DNA of 32,000 nucleotides, from positions 1 through 32,000 of the forward strand of contig NZ_WUUQ01000002.1 of the NCBI RefSeq assembly GCF_009831105.1. The letters are read 5' to 3'. The position numbers and the translations under genes were made by a program. The stretch is from Copranaerobaculum intestinale. Lineage in GTDB: Bacteria; Bacillota_I; Bacilli_A; Erysipelotrichales; Erysipelotrichaceae. The number at the start of each line of letters is the position of its first letter. The first letter of the stretch is position 1. Below are positions 7,648 through 16,620 of the stretch, piece after piece. The notes beneath the pieces were generated by a model. The model saw only the letters and a program-made list of their open reading frames with translations, ran no database searches and had not been told where the DNA came from.

Positions 7648-9030
7648 ATGTTTGAATTTATGACAGTAAGGGAATTGTACGAAATGGTGATGAGCGGCTC
7701 CCATGTGGAGCTGGATACAATGGAGTATGTACAGCTTCAGGGGTGGATTCGCACCAACCGCTCCAGCGGTAAACTGGGGTTCATTGAATTGAATGACGGT
7801 ACATATTTCCGCAATGTGCAGCTGGTTTATGTACATGAATTGAAAAACTTCGGCGAGGTGGAAAAATATCCGACCGGAGCGGCGGTAACGGTAACCGGCC
7901 GTTTCAAGCTCACTCCGGAAGGGAAACAACCATTTGAAATCGCGGTGACAGAAATGGTTTTGGAAGGGGATTGTGACCGAGATTATCCCCTGCAGAAGAA
8001 GCGTCACAGCTTTGAGTACCTGCGTGAGATCGCGCATCTGCGTCCGCGTGCAAATACCTTTTATGCGATATTCCGTCTGCGTTCTGTTTTGTCGATGGCG
8101 ATACACGAGTTCTTTCAGGATCAGGGCTTCGTCTACGTGCATACCCCGATTATCACTGGCAATGACGGTGAGGGAGCGGGTGAAATGTTTAAAGCAACGA
8201 TTCGTGACGATGCGAATTACGAGGAGGATTTCTTCGGCAAAGAAGCATTTCTGACGGTAACCGGACAACTTCATGTAGAAGCCTTCGCAATGGCTTTCCG
8301 CGATGTTTATACCTTTGGTCCGGCATTCCGCGCTGAAAATTCCAATACATCTCGGCATGCATCAGAGTTTTGGATGATTGAGCCGGAAATTGCTTTTGCG
8401 GATCTGGACGATAATATGAATCTGATTGAGGATATGGTGAAATACTGTATTACCTATGTATTAGAGAATGCTCCGGAAGAGATGAAATTTTTCAATTCCA
8501 TGATTGATAAGGGCTGTATCGAACGCATCACAAAGGTACGGGACAGTGAATTTAAACGTATGACCTATACTGAGGCGGTTGAGCTTCTGGAAAAGGCTGA
8601 TGTGAAATTTGAAAACAAGGTGTTCTGGGGCATGGATTTAAACTCCGAGCATGAACGTTATATCTGCGAACAGGTCGTGAATGGTCCAGTTTTCCTGATT
8701 GATTATCCAAAAGAAATCAAGGCTTTCTATATGCGTGTGAATGATGATAACAAGACGGTGGCGGCCTGCGATCTGTTGGTGCCCGGCGTCGGTGAACTGG
8801 TTGGCGGTTCCCAGCGTGAGGAGCGCTATGATGTTTTGGATCAGCGCATGAGTGAGTTGAACATGGGGAAGGAAAACCTACAATGGTACATGGATCTTCG
8901 CCGATACGGCGGCTGTAAGCACGCTGGTTTTGGCTTAGGTTTTGATCGCCTGCTGATGTATATGACCGGCATGCAAAATATCCGTGATGTAGAACCATTT
9001 CCACGCACACCAAGAAATTTAGAATTTTGA
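7648..9030 (+). CDS. asnS: Asparagine--tRNA ligase (class IIb)
   Basis: [21 protein letters not shown] (motif 2 region), GGSQREER, and [12 protein letters not shown] (motif 3). The ATG lies 1 nt after the methyltransferase stop. Confidence 0.95.
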   Translation: MFEFMTVRELYEMVMSGSHVELDTMEYVQLQGWIRTNRSSGKLGFIELNDGTYFRNVQLVYVHELKNFGEVEKYPTGAAVTVTGRFKLTPEGKQPFEIAVTEMVLEGDCDRDYPLQKKRHSFEYLREIAHLRPRANTFYAIFRLRSVLSMAIHEFFQDQGFVYVHTPIITGNDGEGAGEMFKATIRDDANYEEDFFGKEAFLTVTGQLHVEAFAMAFRDVYTFGPAFRAENSNTSRHASEFWMIEPEIAFADLDDNMNLIEDMVKYCITYVLENAPEEMKFFNSMIDKGCIERITKVRDSEFKRMTYTEAVELLEKADVKFENKVFWGMDLNSEHERYICEQVVNGPVFLIDYPKEIKAFYMRVNDDNKTVAACDLLVPGVGELVGGSQREERYDVLDQRMSELNMGKENLQWYMDLRRYGGCKHAGFGLGFDRLLMYMTGMQNIRDVEPFPRTPRNLEF

Positions 9031-9105
9031 TCAAATACCGCGTCTTATATAGATGCTTTACATGGGTATCTTTCTGGGTTATGATGAATTAAAGAAGGTG
9101 ATCTT

Positions 9106-9399
9106 ATGAAAAAGGAAACAAAGAGATTGCTTGTTATTATCTATATTGCTTTTGTGGCAGGTTTAACCTTGTTGGACTTATTCCGTATTATGAAGATACA
9201 AATGTATTTTGGTATTGCCATAGCGATTCTGACATTGGCAGCGAGTGCGGCTTATATTCCTTCAATTTTCGGCAGAGTGCCTTGGTATGATCAAAAACAA
9301 GCTGAGGAACAATTCAAGCGTCCATTTTTGAACTACAAAACGTTTCTTGTTTTATCATTGCCATTGATCGTTGGCTTCATTATTTTAATCTATAAATAA
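9106..9399 (+). CDS. Small integral membrane protein (97 aa, about 3 TM), unknown function
   Basis: RBS GAAGGTGA precedes the ATG. Hydrophobic segments include LLVIIYIAFVAGLTLL, FGIAIAILTLAASAAYI and FLVLSLPLIVGFIILI. Confidence 0.6.
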   Translation: MKKETKRLLVIIYIAFVAGLTLLDLFRIMKIQMYFGIAIAILTLAASAAYIPSIFGRVPWYDQKQAEEQFKRPFLNYKTFLVLSLPLIVGFIILIYK

Positions 9400-9481
9400 A
9401 CAGAGCATTAGGAAGCGTTATCGTCAATGAAATAGAAGTAACATGATATGTTTAAATAATCATTTAATATCATCTAAAAAT

Positions 9482-9508
9482 GACCTGGTTATGTACCTGG
9501 TCGTTTTT
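9482..9508 (+). terminator. Rho-independent terminator
   Basis: Stem GACCTGGT (9482-9489) / ACCTGGTC (9495-9502) with one mismatch, followed by GTTTTT. Confidence 0.6.
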
Positions 9509-9594
9509 ATGATAAAGAGCTTTATCATCGTGTTTTCGACATTTTTTACGATAGGGATAGCACTTGTGGTTAATTTCTTCTATAATAACATTAG

Positions 9595-10419
9595 GTGATT
9601 ATTTTGGAAGAATATATATTAAAGACAAACAGTGACGGTAGTACGATTACTGTACGCGATGTACAGCAGGTGCTGCTGCAGATGCTGAAAGATATTGATG
9701 CGGTTTGCCGTAAACATGACATACCCTATTATTTAAGCGGCGGATCATGTCTTGGTGCGGTACGCCATCAGGGCTTTATTCCTTGGGATGATGATGCGGA
9801 TATCTGTATGATGTATGATGACTATAAGCGCTTTTTAAAAGCGGTGAATGATCTGCCGGATTGCTATTACGTGCAGTGCTTTGATACTCATAAGGAATAT
9901 AATGTGCTGATTCCGGCGATGAAAATTCGTCTGAAGGGCACTTATGTGGAAGAATATAATTTTCTTTTGAAAAATCGATGCAAAGATGGAGATGGTTTAT
10001 TCATTGATGTATTCATTGCTGATTATGTCAGCGAAAAACGCTGGAAGGATGTTCTTTGGCGAATCGTACAGCTGGTGCTTCTGCCGTTTATCGTGCTGTT
10101 CGAGAATTTACATCTGAATCCGCTGCCGCTGAAAAAGCTCTTTGTTTGGAATGCCCGTCATTATGGACGAATAAATAAGAAAAAAGGCAGTAAACTGATA
10201 GGGTATGACCTTTGCTGGTGTTTTGATTTGATCAAGGATCCGGTCGTGTATCCGTATGAGGATGTTTATCCAATAACTTATGTACCGTTTGAGGATACTG
10301 AACTGCCAATTCCCAATACTCCCAAATCGCTGCTGGATGCAGAGGTATCGGTTCATCATATGTCCTATCCGCCAAAGGATGACCAAAAGCCAAAACATAT
10401 TAAAGATATCAGATTGTAA
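9595..10419 (+). CDS. LicD-family phosphotransferase (phosphocholine/polyol-phosphate transfer to cell-surface glycopolymers)
   Basis: LicD signature DIDAVCRKHDIPYYLSGGSCLGAVRHQGFIPWDDDADI. The start is uncertain: GTG 9595, or the in-frame TTG 9604 lying 5 nt after AGGTGA (9593-9598). A TATAAT sits at 9581-9586. Confidence 0.85.
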   Translation: MIILEEYILKTNSDGSTITVRDVQQVLLQMLKDIDAVCRKHDIPYYLSGGSCLGAVRHQGFIPWDDDADICMMYDDYKRFLKAVNDLPDCYYVQCFDTHKEYNVLIPAMKIRLKGTYVEEYNFLLKNRCKDGDGLFIDVFIADYVSEKRWKDVLWRIVQLVLLPFIVLFENLHLNPLPLKKLFVWNARHYGRINKKKGSKLIGYDLCWCFDLIKDPVVYPYEDVYPITYVPFEDTELPIPNTPKSLLDAEVSVHHMSYPPKDDQKPKHIKDIRL

Positions 10420-10434
10420 AGGAGGCGTTCGTTT

Positions 10435-11757
10435 ATGGCGTATGTTCCGAAACATCGAAAATTAAAAATTCGCTGGAAAGTGGCTGCACCGCTGCTGGTG
10501 CTGCTGCTTTTGTGTATCTATATTCTTGTGAGCGTGCTGCACAACGCAGTATCACCGGAACCAAAACGCTATACCATCTGTGATTTCTCTCAGGAAAAAA
10601 CTGCTGAGCGGCTGAGTAAGCAATATAAAAGTACATATGCAATCAGCGATTATTTCTATTATGGAGAAACCCTGAATCTGATGCAGAACGCCTATCATCC
10701 AGAAGGAAACGATCCGCTGGCCGGAAAGACCGTACAGCTAAACAATCTTTGTACCGGTGAGAAATTTCCGTTTGTGTTTGAAAGTGCAGCAGACCGTCAG
10801 ATCGCACTGGATGAATTGACGCCCGGCATGTACGAAATTTTTGTAATCGATGATTTACAGCCAAAGCGAGCAGTTTATACATCCGTGTTTCATGATAATA
10901 GCTTTACTACGGTCAAGCGGAAAGGAAGCATAAACAAGATTAATCTGTTTGCGGACAGGAATTTTTTAAAGAAAGATTACCAAAAAACCTTGGATCAGGA
11001 CTACCTGTTCTTGGAAGTGAAAGCGGCGAAACCATCAGATAAGCAATATGATGTGATCCTTGATCCGGCAGGCTATAATAAGGATTTTACCTATGAACTT
11101 GATAAAGGGGTCGAAGCAAACGGATTGGTAGAATATCAGGAAAACTATCAGGCGGCAGTAGCTTTGAAGAAAGATTTGGAAGCCTACGGATTACGGGTCT
11201 TGATTACCCGCGATAAAATGGATAAAGCAGTTGATACGTACGGAGAAAAAGGAAGACTGGGAGCAGCTTATCGAAGCAAAGCCCGCTATATGATTCATAT
11301 CGGACAGAATGAGAGTACGTATGATTCGGTGAAAGGAATGGAAATTTATCACTCCAATTACAGCTCCGCAACTTTTGCCAATGCATTACTATATGATTTA
11401 AAGAAACATACCCAGCTAACGGGTAATACGATTTATGCCACCGATCTGGATAATGCCGGAGTGATGAGTGCGGATTTGGTGGAAGGTGTCGATGGAAGAA
11501 AGATTTATGATGGGGATATGTATATCCGTGAAAGCGGCGGCCGCGCTACTGCAGCCGGTATGTATTCAGAAGCAGCGGCGACGCAGAATGGAGCTTTTGC
11601 GAAAGATAATAGAGAAGGGATCCAAACGATTTCTATTTATTACAGTTATTTTACAAATAAGCAGGATGCTGCTTACTGGAAAGATAATCGTGCCAAGATC
11701 ATGAAGGTTACAGCCGATTCCATCGCCCGAACGTTACATGTAGAAAAGAACAAATAA
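10435..11757 (+). CDS. Membrane-anchored protein with a C-terminal MurNAc-L-alanine amidase (Amidase_3)-like domain
   Basis: N-terminal TM helix VAAPLLVLLLLCIYILVSVL. The C-terminal half aligns by eye to Amidase_3: VILDPAGYN, LVEYQENYQAAVALKKDLEAYGLRVLITRD, YMIHIGQNE, GMEIYHS and YIRESGG. RBS AAGGAGG. Confidence 0.8.
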   Translation: MAYVPKHRKLKIRWKVAAPLLVLLLLCIYILVSVLHNAVSPEPKRYTICDFSQEKTAERLSKQYKSTYAISDYFYYGETLNLMQNAYHPEGNDPLAGKTVQLNNLCTGEKFPFVFESAADRQIALDELTPGMYEIFVIDDLQPKRAVYTSVFHDNSFTTVKRKGSINKINLFADRNFLKKDYQKTLDQDYLFLEVKAAKPSDKQYDVILDPAGYNKDFTYELDKGVEANGLVEYQENYQAAVALKKDLEAYGLRVLITRDKMDKAVDTYGEKGRLGAAYRSKARYMIHIGQNESTYDSVKGMEIYHSNYSSATFANALLYDLKKHTQLTGNTIYATDLDNAGVMSADLVEGVDGRKIYDGDMYIRESGGRATAAGMYSEAAATQNGAFAKDNREGIQTISIYYSYFTNKQDAAYWKDNRAKIMKVTADSIARTLHVEKNK

Positions 11758-11775
11758 CGACAGGAAGGTGATAAC

Positions 11776-13632
11776 ATGAAGTTTCAGATCCATCGTGGTA
11801 CGAAACATTATGGTGCAGATACAGTATTCGAGAATATTCAGTTTGAAATTCGCAATACTGAAAAAGTAGCGATCGTCGGACGCAACGGGTGCGGTAAAAC
11901 CACCCTGCTAAAGATTATCGCAAAAGAAGAAGAATTAGATGCTGGAGAGATTCATCAGGAAAATGGAGTGCGTATCGGTTATCTGGCGCAGACGACCTTT
12001 CAGGATGAAACTCACAGTGTTGAAGAAGAATTGAAAACCGCATTTACATCGATTCATGAGCTGGAGACGAAGCTTGCACAGCTGACTGCTCAAATGGCAG
12101 ACGATCACAGTGAAGAGCTTTTAAATAAATATGCGGATGTACAAAGCCGCTTTGAAGAAATGGGCGGTTATACCTGGGAGTCTGAAATGCGAAGCGTATT
12201 TACGAAATTTGGATTTCAGGAAGAAATGCTGAAGCGTACCCTGGATACCTTTTCCGGAGGACAGAAAACCAGGATTGCCTTTGTTAAGCTATTGTTATCC
12301 AAATCGGATATTTTGTTGTTGGATGAGCCGACCAATCATCTGGATCTGGAGACGATTGAATGGCTGGAGGGTTATGTAAAACGCTATCCGAAAGCGGTTG
12401 TGTTAGTATCGCATGACCGCATGTTTTTGGATGATGTGTGCGATGTTGTTTATGAACTGGAATACGGCGTGATGCGTCGTTACCCGGGAAATTACTCGAA
12501 CTATGTAGAAACCAAGAAAAGTGATATTGAACGTCAGAAAAGTGCTTATGCCCGTCAGCAGAAGGAAATTCAGCGGATGGAGGATCTCATTGAAAAATTT
12601 CGCTACAAGAAAAATAAAGCGGCATTTGCCCAGTCTAAGATCAAATATCTGGATCGGATGGAGCGTATCGATGATCCGAAATCAGATGATCAAACCTTTC
12701 ACGCTCGGTTTACTCCCCGCATCAAAGGCGGTAAGCGGGTGTTGGAGGTCAAGGATCTGACAATCGGCTACGATAAGCCGCTTTGTACGGTGAATCTGGA
12801 AATTCTGCAGGGACAGAAAATCGCGGTACTGGGGCCGAATGGCAAGGGTAAGTCAACGTTTGTCAAAACGATTATGAATCAGATACCGGCTCTTTCCGGC
12901 TCCTTCTTATACGGACATCAAATTGAACCGGGTTATTTTGATCAGGAACTGGCACAGTTTCATTCCACCAACACGGTGCTGGAGGAAATTTGGCAGGAAT
13001 ACAGTGATCTGACCCGCACTGAGGTACGTACGGCGCTGGGATGTTTTTTGTTCAGCGGTGATGATGTGTTCAAAACGGTGGATGTTTTAAGCGGTGGTGA
13101 AAAAGTGCGGCTGAGCTTTGTTCGGCTCATGCTGAATCAGCCGAATTTTCTGGTACTGGATGAACCGACCAATCATTTAGATCTAGCAGGCAAGGAAGCG
13201 CTTGAGGAATCGCTGCGCAATTATGAGGGTACTATGCTGTTTGTATCACATGATCGATATTTCATATCACAGCTAGCTACTGCTATTTTAGTCATCGACG
13301 AGGATGGTGCTGCGTATTATCCGTTAACGTATCGGGAATATATGGATCGCAATCAACCCGCGGCTGATAAAAACAGCCATAAAGTAAAAATAGAAGAGAA
13401 GCATAGTGAACCGAAGAAAACGGTAAATATCGGTCGGGAAGTGAAAAAGCTGGAAACTCAGATTGCACAATTGGAAGAGGAGATCACCGCTTTGCGAGAG
13501 CTTCGATTTGATCCGGAGTATTATCATGACTATCAAAAAATGCAGGAACTCGATGATAAGATCGATGATGTAAACAATGAAATAGAAAATCGGATGGCAC
13601 TATGGGAAACATACAGTGAACAACTGGGATAG
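11776..13632 (+). CDS. ABC-F family ATPase (Uup/YdiF-like; soluble, translation-associated)
   Basis: Two ABC cassettes: Walker A GRNGCGKTT and GPNGKGKST, signatures FSGGQKTR and LSGGEKVR, Walker B LLLDEPTNHLD and LVLDEPTNHLD. No TM domain. A basic interdomain linker and a C-terminal coiled coil are present. Confidence 0.9.
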   Translation: MKFQIHRGTKHYGADTVFENIQFEIRNTEKVAIVGRNGCGKTTLLKIIAKEEELDAGEIHQENGVRIGYLAQTTFQDETHSVEEELKTAFTSIHELETKLAQLTAQMADDHSEELLNKYADVQSRFEEMGGYTWESEMRSVFTKFGFQEEMLKRTLDTFSGGQKTRIAFVKLLLSKSDILLLDEPTNHLDLETIEWLEGYVKRYPKAVVLVSHDRMFLDDVCDVVYELEYGVMRRYPGNYSNYVETKKSDIERQKSAYARQQKEIQRMEDLIEKFRYKKNKAAFAQSKIKYLDRMERIDDPKSDDQTFHARFTPRIKGGKRVLEVKDLTIGYDKPLCTVNLEILQGQKIAVLGPNGKGKSTFVKTIMNQIPALSGSFLYGHQIEPGYFDQELAQFHSTNTVLEEIWQEYSDLTRTEVRTALGCFLFSGDDVFKTVDVLSGGEKVRLSFVRLMLNQPNFLVLDEPTNHLDLAGKEALEESLRNYEGTMLFVSHDRYFISQLATAILVIDEDGAAYYPLTYREYMDRNQPAADKNSHKVKIEEKHSEPKKTVNIGREVKKLETQIAQLEEEITALRELRFDPEYYHDYQKMQELDDKIDDVNNEIENRMALWETYSEQLG

Positions 13633-13641
13633 GGGTAAAGC

Positions 13642-14643
13642 ATGAAGGTATTTGAAAAAGTAAAAATTGGGAATCTGACGTTTGACAACCGCATCGGAGT
13701 GCCGCCGATGTGCACCTATTTATGTGAGACCCACGACGGTGTTGCGAATGACTTTCATACCGCGCATTATACGACCCTCGCGATGGGACAGCCTGGATTC
13801 ATTACGCAGGAAGCGACTGCGGTGAATGAGCATGGGCACATATCCGAAAATTGTCTGGGAATTTATAACCCCCGTCAGCGGGAGATGCTGAAGCGGATCG
13901 TTGATAACGTTCATCACTGCGGCACCAAAATCGGCATTCAGCTTAATCATGCCGGCTTTAAAAATCTATTCGGTAATGATCGCTTTGGACCGATGGACGA
14001 TGAGGGAGTGATCGGTCTGAATGTAAATCAAATTCAGGCGATCGTTCATGATTTCGAGTATGCGGCAATGTGGGCTCGTGAATTGAATTATGATTTTATT
14101 GAGATTCACGGCGCACACGGCTATCTGATCAATCAGTTTTTGTCACCGCTCAGTAATCAGCGGGATGATTTATATGGAGAAAACCGCTGTCTGCTGCTGG
14201 AACAGATTACGGAAGTCTGTGTCAAAATGTTTGAAGGATGTGTCAGCGTCCGCCTGAGTGCGGAGGAATATGAACCAAACGGCTTGCATATGCAGGACTT
14301 TCCGCCGATCATCAACCGTCTGAAAGCACTCGGCGTCAGTATGATCAGCGTATCCAGCGGCGGTTTGAATAAAAGTCCTATATACAGTTATCCGCTGTAT
14401 CAGATGCCATATGCTAAATATTTAAAAGAACACACCGATTTACCGATCATGGGAGTCGGATTGATTACTACGGAGAACGAAATTGAACGCATCTTGGAGA
14501 AGCGTGATTGCGATCTGATTTTATTGGGAAGGAAATTGCTTCGTGATCCGTTCTTTCTGCTGAGATGGCGTGATCATATCGGCATGTTAAGCAAGGATGA
14601 TGTGCCGGAGTATTTGTATCGGGGCATCCACACGCATTCCTAA
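13642..14643 (+). CDS. NADH:flavin oxidoreductase, Old Yellow Enzyme family (YqjM/NamA-like)
   Basis: Motifs PPMC, QLNHAG, IEIHGAHGYLINQFLSPLSN.R.D.YG and LLGRKLLRDPFF. Confidence 0.9.
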   Translation: MKVFEKVKIGNLTFDNRIGVPPMCTYLCETHDGVANDFHTAHYTTLAMGQPGFITQEATAVNEHGHISENCLGIYNPRQREMLKRIVDNVHHCGTKIGIQLNHAGFKNLFGNDRFGPMDDEGVIGLNVNQIQAIVHDFEYAAMWARELNYDFIEIHGAHGYLINQFLSPLSNQRDDLYGENRCLLLEQITEVCVKMFEGCVSVRLSAEEYEPNGLHMQDFPPIINRLKALGVSMISVSSGGLNKSPIYSYPLYQMPYAKYLKEHTDLPIMGVGLITTENEIERILEKRDCDLILLGRKLLRDPFFLLRWRDHIGMLSKDDVPEYLYRGIHTHS

Positions 14644-14665
14644 AAGCACGCTTGCGTGCTTTTTT
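14643..14665 (+). terminator. Rho-independent terminator after the OYE gene
   Basis: AAAGCACG-CTTG-CGTGCTTTTTT. It overlaps the 5' extension of ORF 14656, so that start is unlikely. Confidence 0.75.
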
Positions 14666-14712
14666 GTATGAAAGAAACGAGAATTGCTCATCCTAAGGAT
14701 GAGGTGAAAAAT

Positions 14713-16149
14713 ATGATACAGCTTACTTCTGACTACCAGGAAAATGTTCGGCTGCTGGACACGATGCTGGAGGTTGATCAGAATTTTGATATTGTTAAGC
14801 GTCCATTGTATTTTCAGGGACATGAAATTGTGTTTTATTTTATTGATGGCTTTGTGAAGGATGACATCATGGAGCGGATTATGGAATTCCTGCTGGCATA
14901 TTCCAAAGAACATTCCTTTGCCAGCATTCATGATTTTTCATTATCTTTGATTCCCTATGTGGAGGTAGATGAGCAGGGGAGCTGCAGTGATTTGGTAACA
15001 GCTGTGTTATCCGGCTCCGTTGTCATGCTTGCCGGAGCATATTGTGAAGCGCTGATCATTGATGCCCGAACATATCCGACCCGCGGTATGAGTGAGCCTG
15101 AGGATGACAAGGTGCTGCGCGGTTCGCGCGACGGTTTTGTAGAAACACTGGTTTTCAATACTGCCTTGATTCGGCGAAGAATACGCGATACGCATTTGCG
15201 TATGGAGTATCACAGCGTCGGTACCAAAAGCAAAACCGATGTTGTGCTCTGTTATTTAAGTACCAAAGCAGATGCTCATGTTCTGGAACTGGTAAGAACG
15301 CGGATGAATGAAATCAATGCGGATGCTTTAACGATGGCACAGGAGAGCTTAGCGGAAGCACTGGTGCATACCAAATGGTATAATCCGTTTCCTAAAGTAC
15401 GCTACACTGAACGTCCGGATGCGGCGGCCAGTAATATTCTGGAGGGGAAGCTGGTGCTGATCATTGATAATTCACCGTCTGTGCTGATTCTGCCAACTTC
15501 CTTTTTCGACTTTGTTCAGGAGGCACAGGATTATTATCTGCCTCCGCTTACCGGTACCTATCTAAGAATTGTCCGAATCATGGTCTTTCTGCTGACCCTG
15601 TTAATTACTCCGCTTTGGTATCTGCTGAATTCCAATCCTGAATTGGTTCCGTCATTTCTAAAATTCATCATTATTAAGGATACCGGTGCGGTTTCGATCA
15701 TCTGGCAGTTTTTGATTCTGGAGTTTGGCATTGATGCGCTGAAAATGGCATCCTTGAATACGCCAAGCTCGCTGAACAGCTCCTTCAGTATTATCGGTGC
15801 GCTGATTCTTGGAGATTTCGCTGTGGGAGCAGGCTGGTTTGCCCCGGAGGTTATTCTCTACATGGCGTTTGTTGCACTGGCAAATTTCACGCAGCCAAGC
15901 TATGAGCTCGGTTATGCGATCAAGTTCATGCGGGTGATGCTGCTGGTGTTTACAGCGGTTGGGGGAATCGTCGGGTTTGTGATCGGACTTGCTATGATGG
16001 GGATCATTATCGCCGCTAATAAGACGATAACCGAAACCAGCTATCTCTATCCGCTCATCCCTTTCCAGGCTCATGATTTTAAGATGATCTTTTTGCGCCG
16101 TAAGCTGCAGGATCACGATGCCGGGATTAAGGATGGCACGCGAAACTAA
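14713..16149 (+). CDS. GerA-family spore germination protein, A-subunit type (SpoVAF-like)
   Basis: GerA-family core LRGSRDGFVETLVFNTALIRRRIRD, SKTDVVLCYL, and a C-terminal 5-6 TM region. RBS GAGGTGA (14701-14707) precedes ATG 14713. No adjacent GerB/GerC-type genes. Confidence 0.8.
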   Translation: MIQLTSDYQENVRLLDTMLEVDQNFDIVKRPLYFQGHEIVFYFIDGFVKDDIMERIMEFLLAYSKEHSFASIHDFSLSLIPYVEVDEQGSCSDLVTAVLSGSVVMLAGAYCEALIIDARTYPTRGMSEPEDDKVLRGSRDGFVETLVFNTALIRRRIRDTHLRMEYHSVGTKSKTDVVLCYLSTKADAHVLELVRTRMNEINADALTMAQESLAEALVHTKWYNPFPKVRYTERPDAAASNILEGKLVLIIDNSPSVLILPTSFFDFVQEAQDYYLPPLTGTYLRIVRIMVFLLTLLITPLWYLLNSNPELVPSFLKFIIIKDTGAVSIIWQFLILEFGIDALKMASLNTPSSLNSSFSIIGALILGDFAVGAGWFAPEVILYMAFVALANFTQPSYELGYAIKFMRVMLLVFTAVGGIVGFVIGLAMMGIIIAANKTITETSYLYPLIPFQAHDFKMIFLRRKLQDHDAGIKDGTRN

Positions 16150-16185
16150 AGCATGATATAATTACCCTCGAACGAAGGTGGTAAT

Positions 16186-16554
16186 ATGAAAGGTACAAAA
16201 TGGATCAATCAGATTGAATGGCTGTTCATGATTTATCTGGTATCACTTGTTTTCTTTCAGCGATTCTATACGCAGGATTCCGTGTTTTTTTGGATGCTGC
16301 TTGCCTATATTGATTTTCTGTATCTGCTGGTGATGCGGCCGATGACCCTGTTTATGAATCTTTTGAAACCGCAGGGCAAGGATAAGGACGCATACAAGCG
16401 CATTCGCATCTATATGGGCGGGGTTTTTGCGGGTATTCTTGTTTTGGCTTTTACCGATCTATGGCTGGCGATTTTGCTGATGGTGAACGATTTGGTGATT
16501 TCAGTCGTGGCACAGATGTTGGACCAGCGGCGGTATAAACAGAAATCCAAGTGA
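16186..16554 (+). CDS. Small multi-pass membrane protein (122 aa), unknown function
   Basis: RBS GAAGGTGG. It has 3-4 hydrophobic helices and a basic C-terminus (DQRRYKQKSK). It starts 37 nt after the GerA-family gene with no terminator in between. Confidence 0.6.
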   Translation: MKGTKWINQIEWLFMIYLVSLVFFQRFYTQDSVFFWMLLAYIDFLYLLVMRPMTLFMNLLKPQGKDKDAYKRIRIYMGGVFAGILVLAFTDLWLAILLMVNDLVISVVAQMLDQRRYKQKSK

Positions 16555-16620
16555 GAACTTTTCAGGACGCACAGAATGTGATAAAATATACAAGTACTTT
16601 GATATAGGAGGAAATGAAGA

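Noticed and set aside
7618-8358. A 246-aa ORF on the minus strand.
   Set aside because: It lies entirely antisense to the strongly supported asnS and methyltransferase genes. Its composition is low-complexity and odd (rich in C, H, R and F), and I see no RBS. It is most likely a shadow ORF.
14656-14712. Longer 5' extensions offered by the ORF track. Examples are 14656 for the GerA-family gene, 23078 for oppD, 2897 for tsaE, 1698 for fem, 5486 for rex, 25772 for the hypothetical gene and 28150 for the MerR gene.
   Set aside because: Each extension overlaps a terminator, a promoter -10 element or the upstream gene. Each also lacks an RBS, whereas an internal ATG with a well-spaced GGAGG-type RBS is available.
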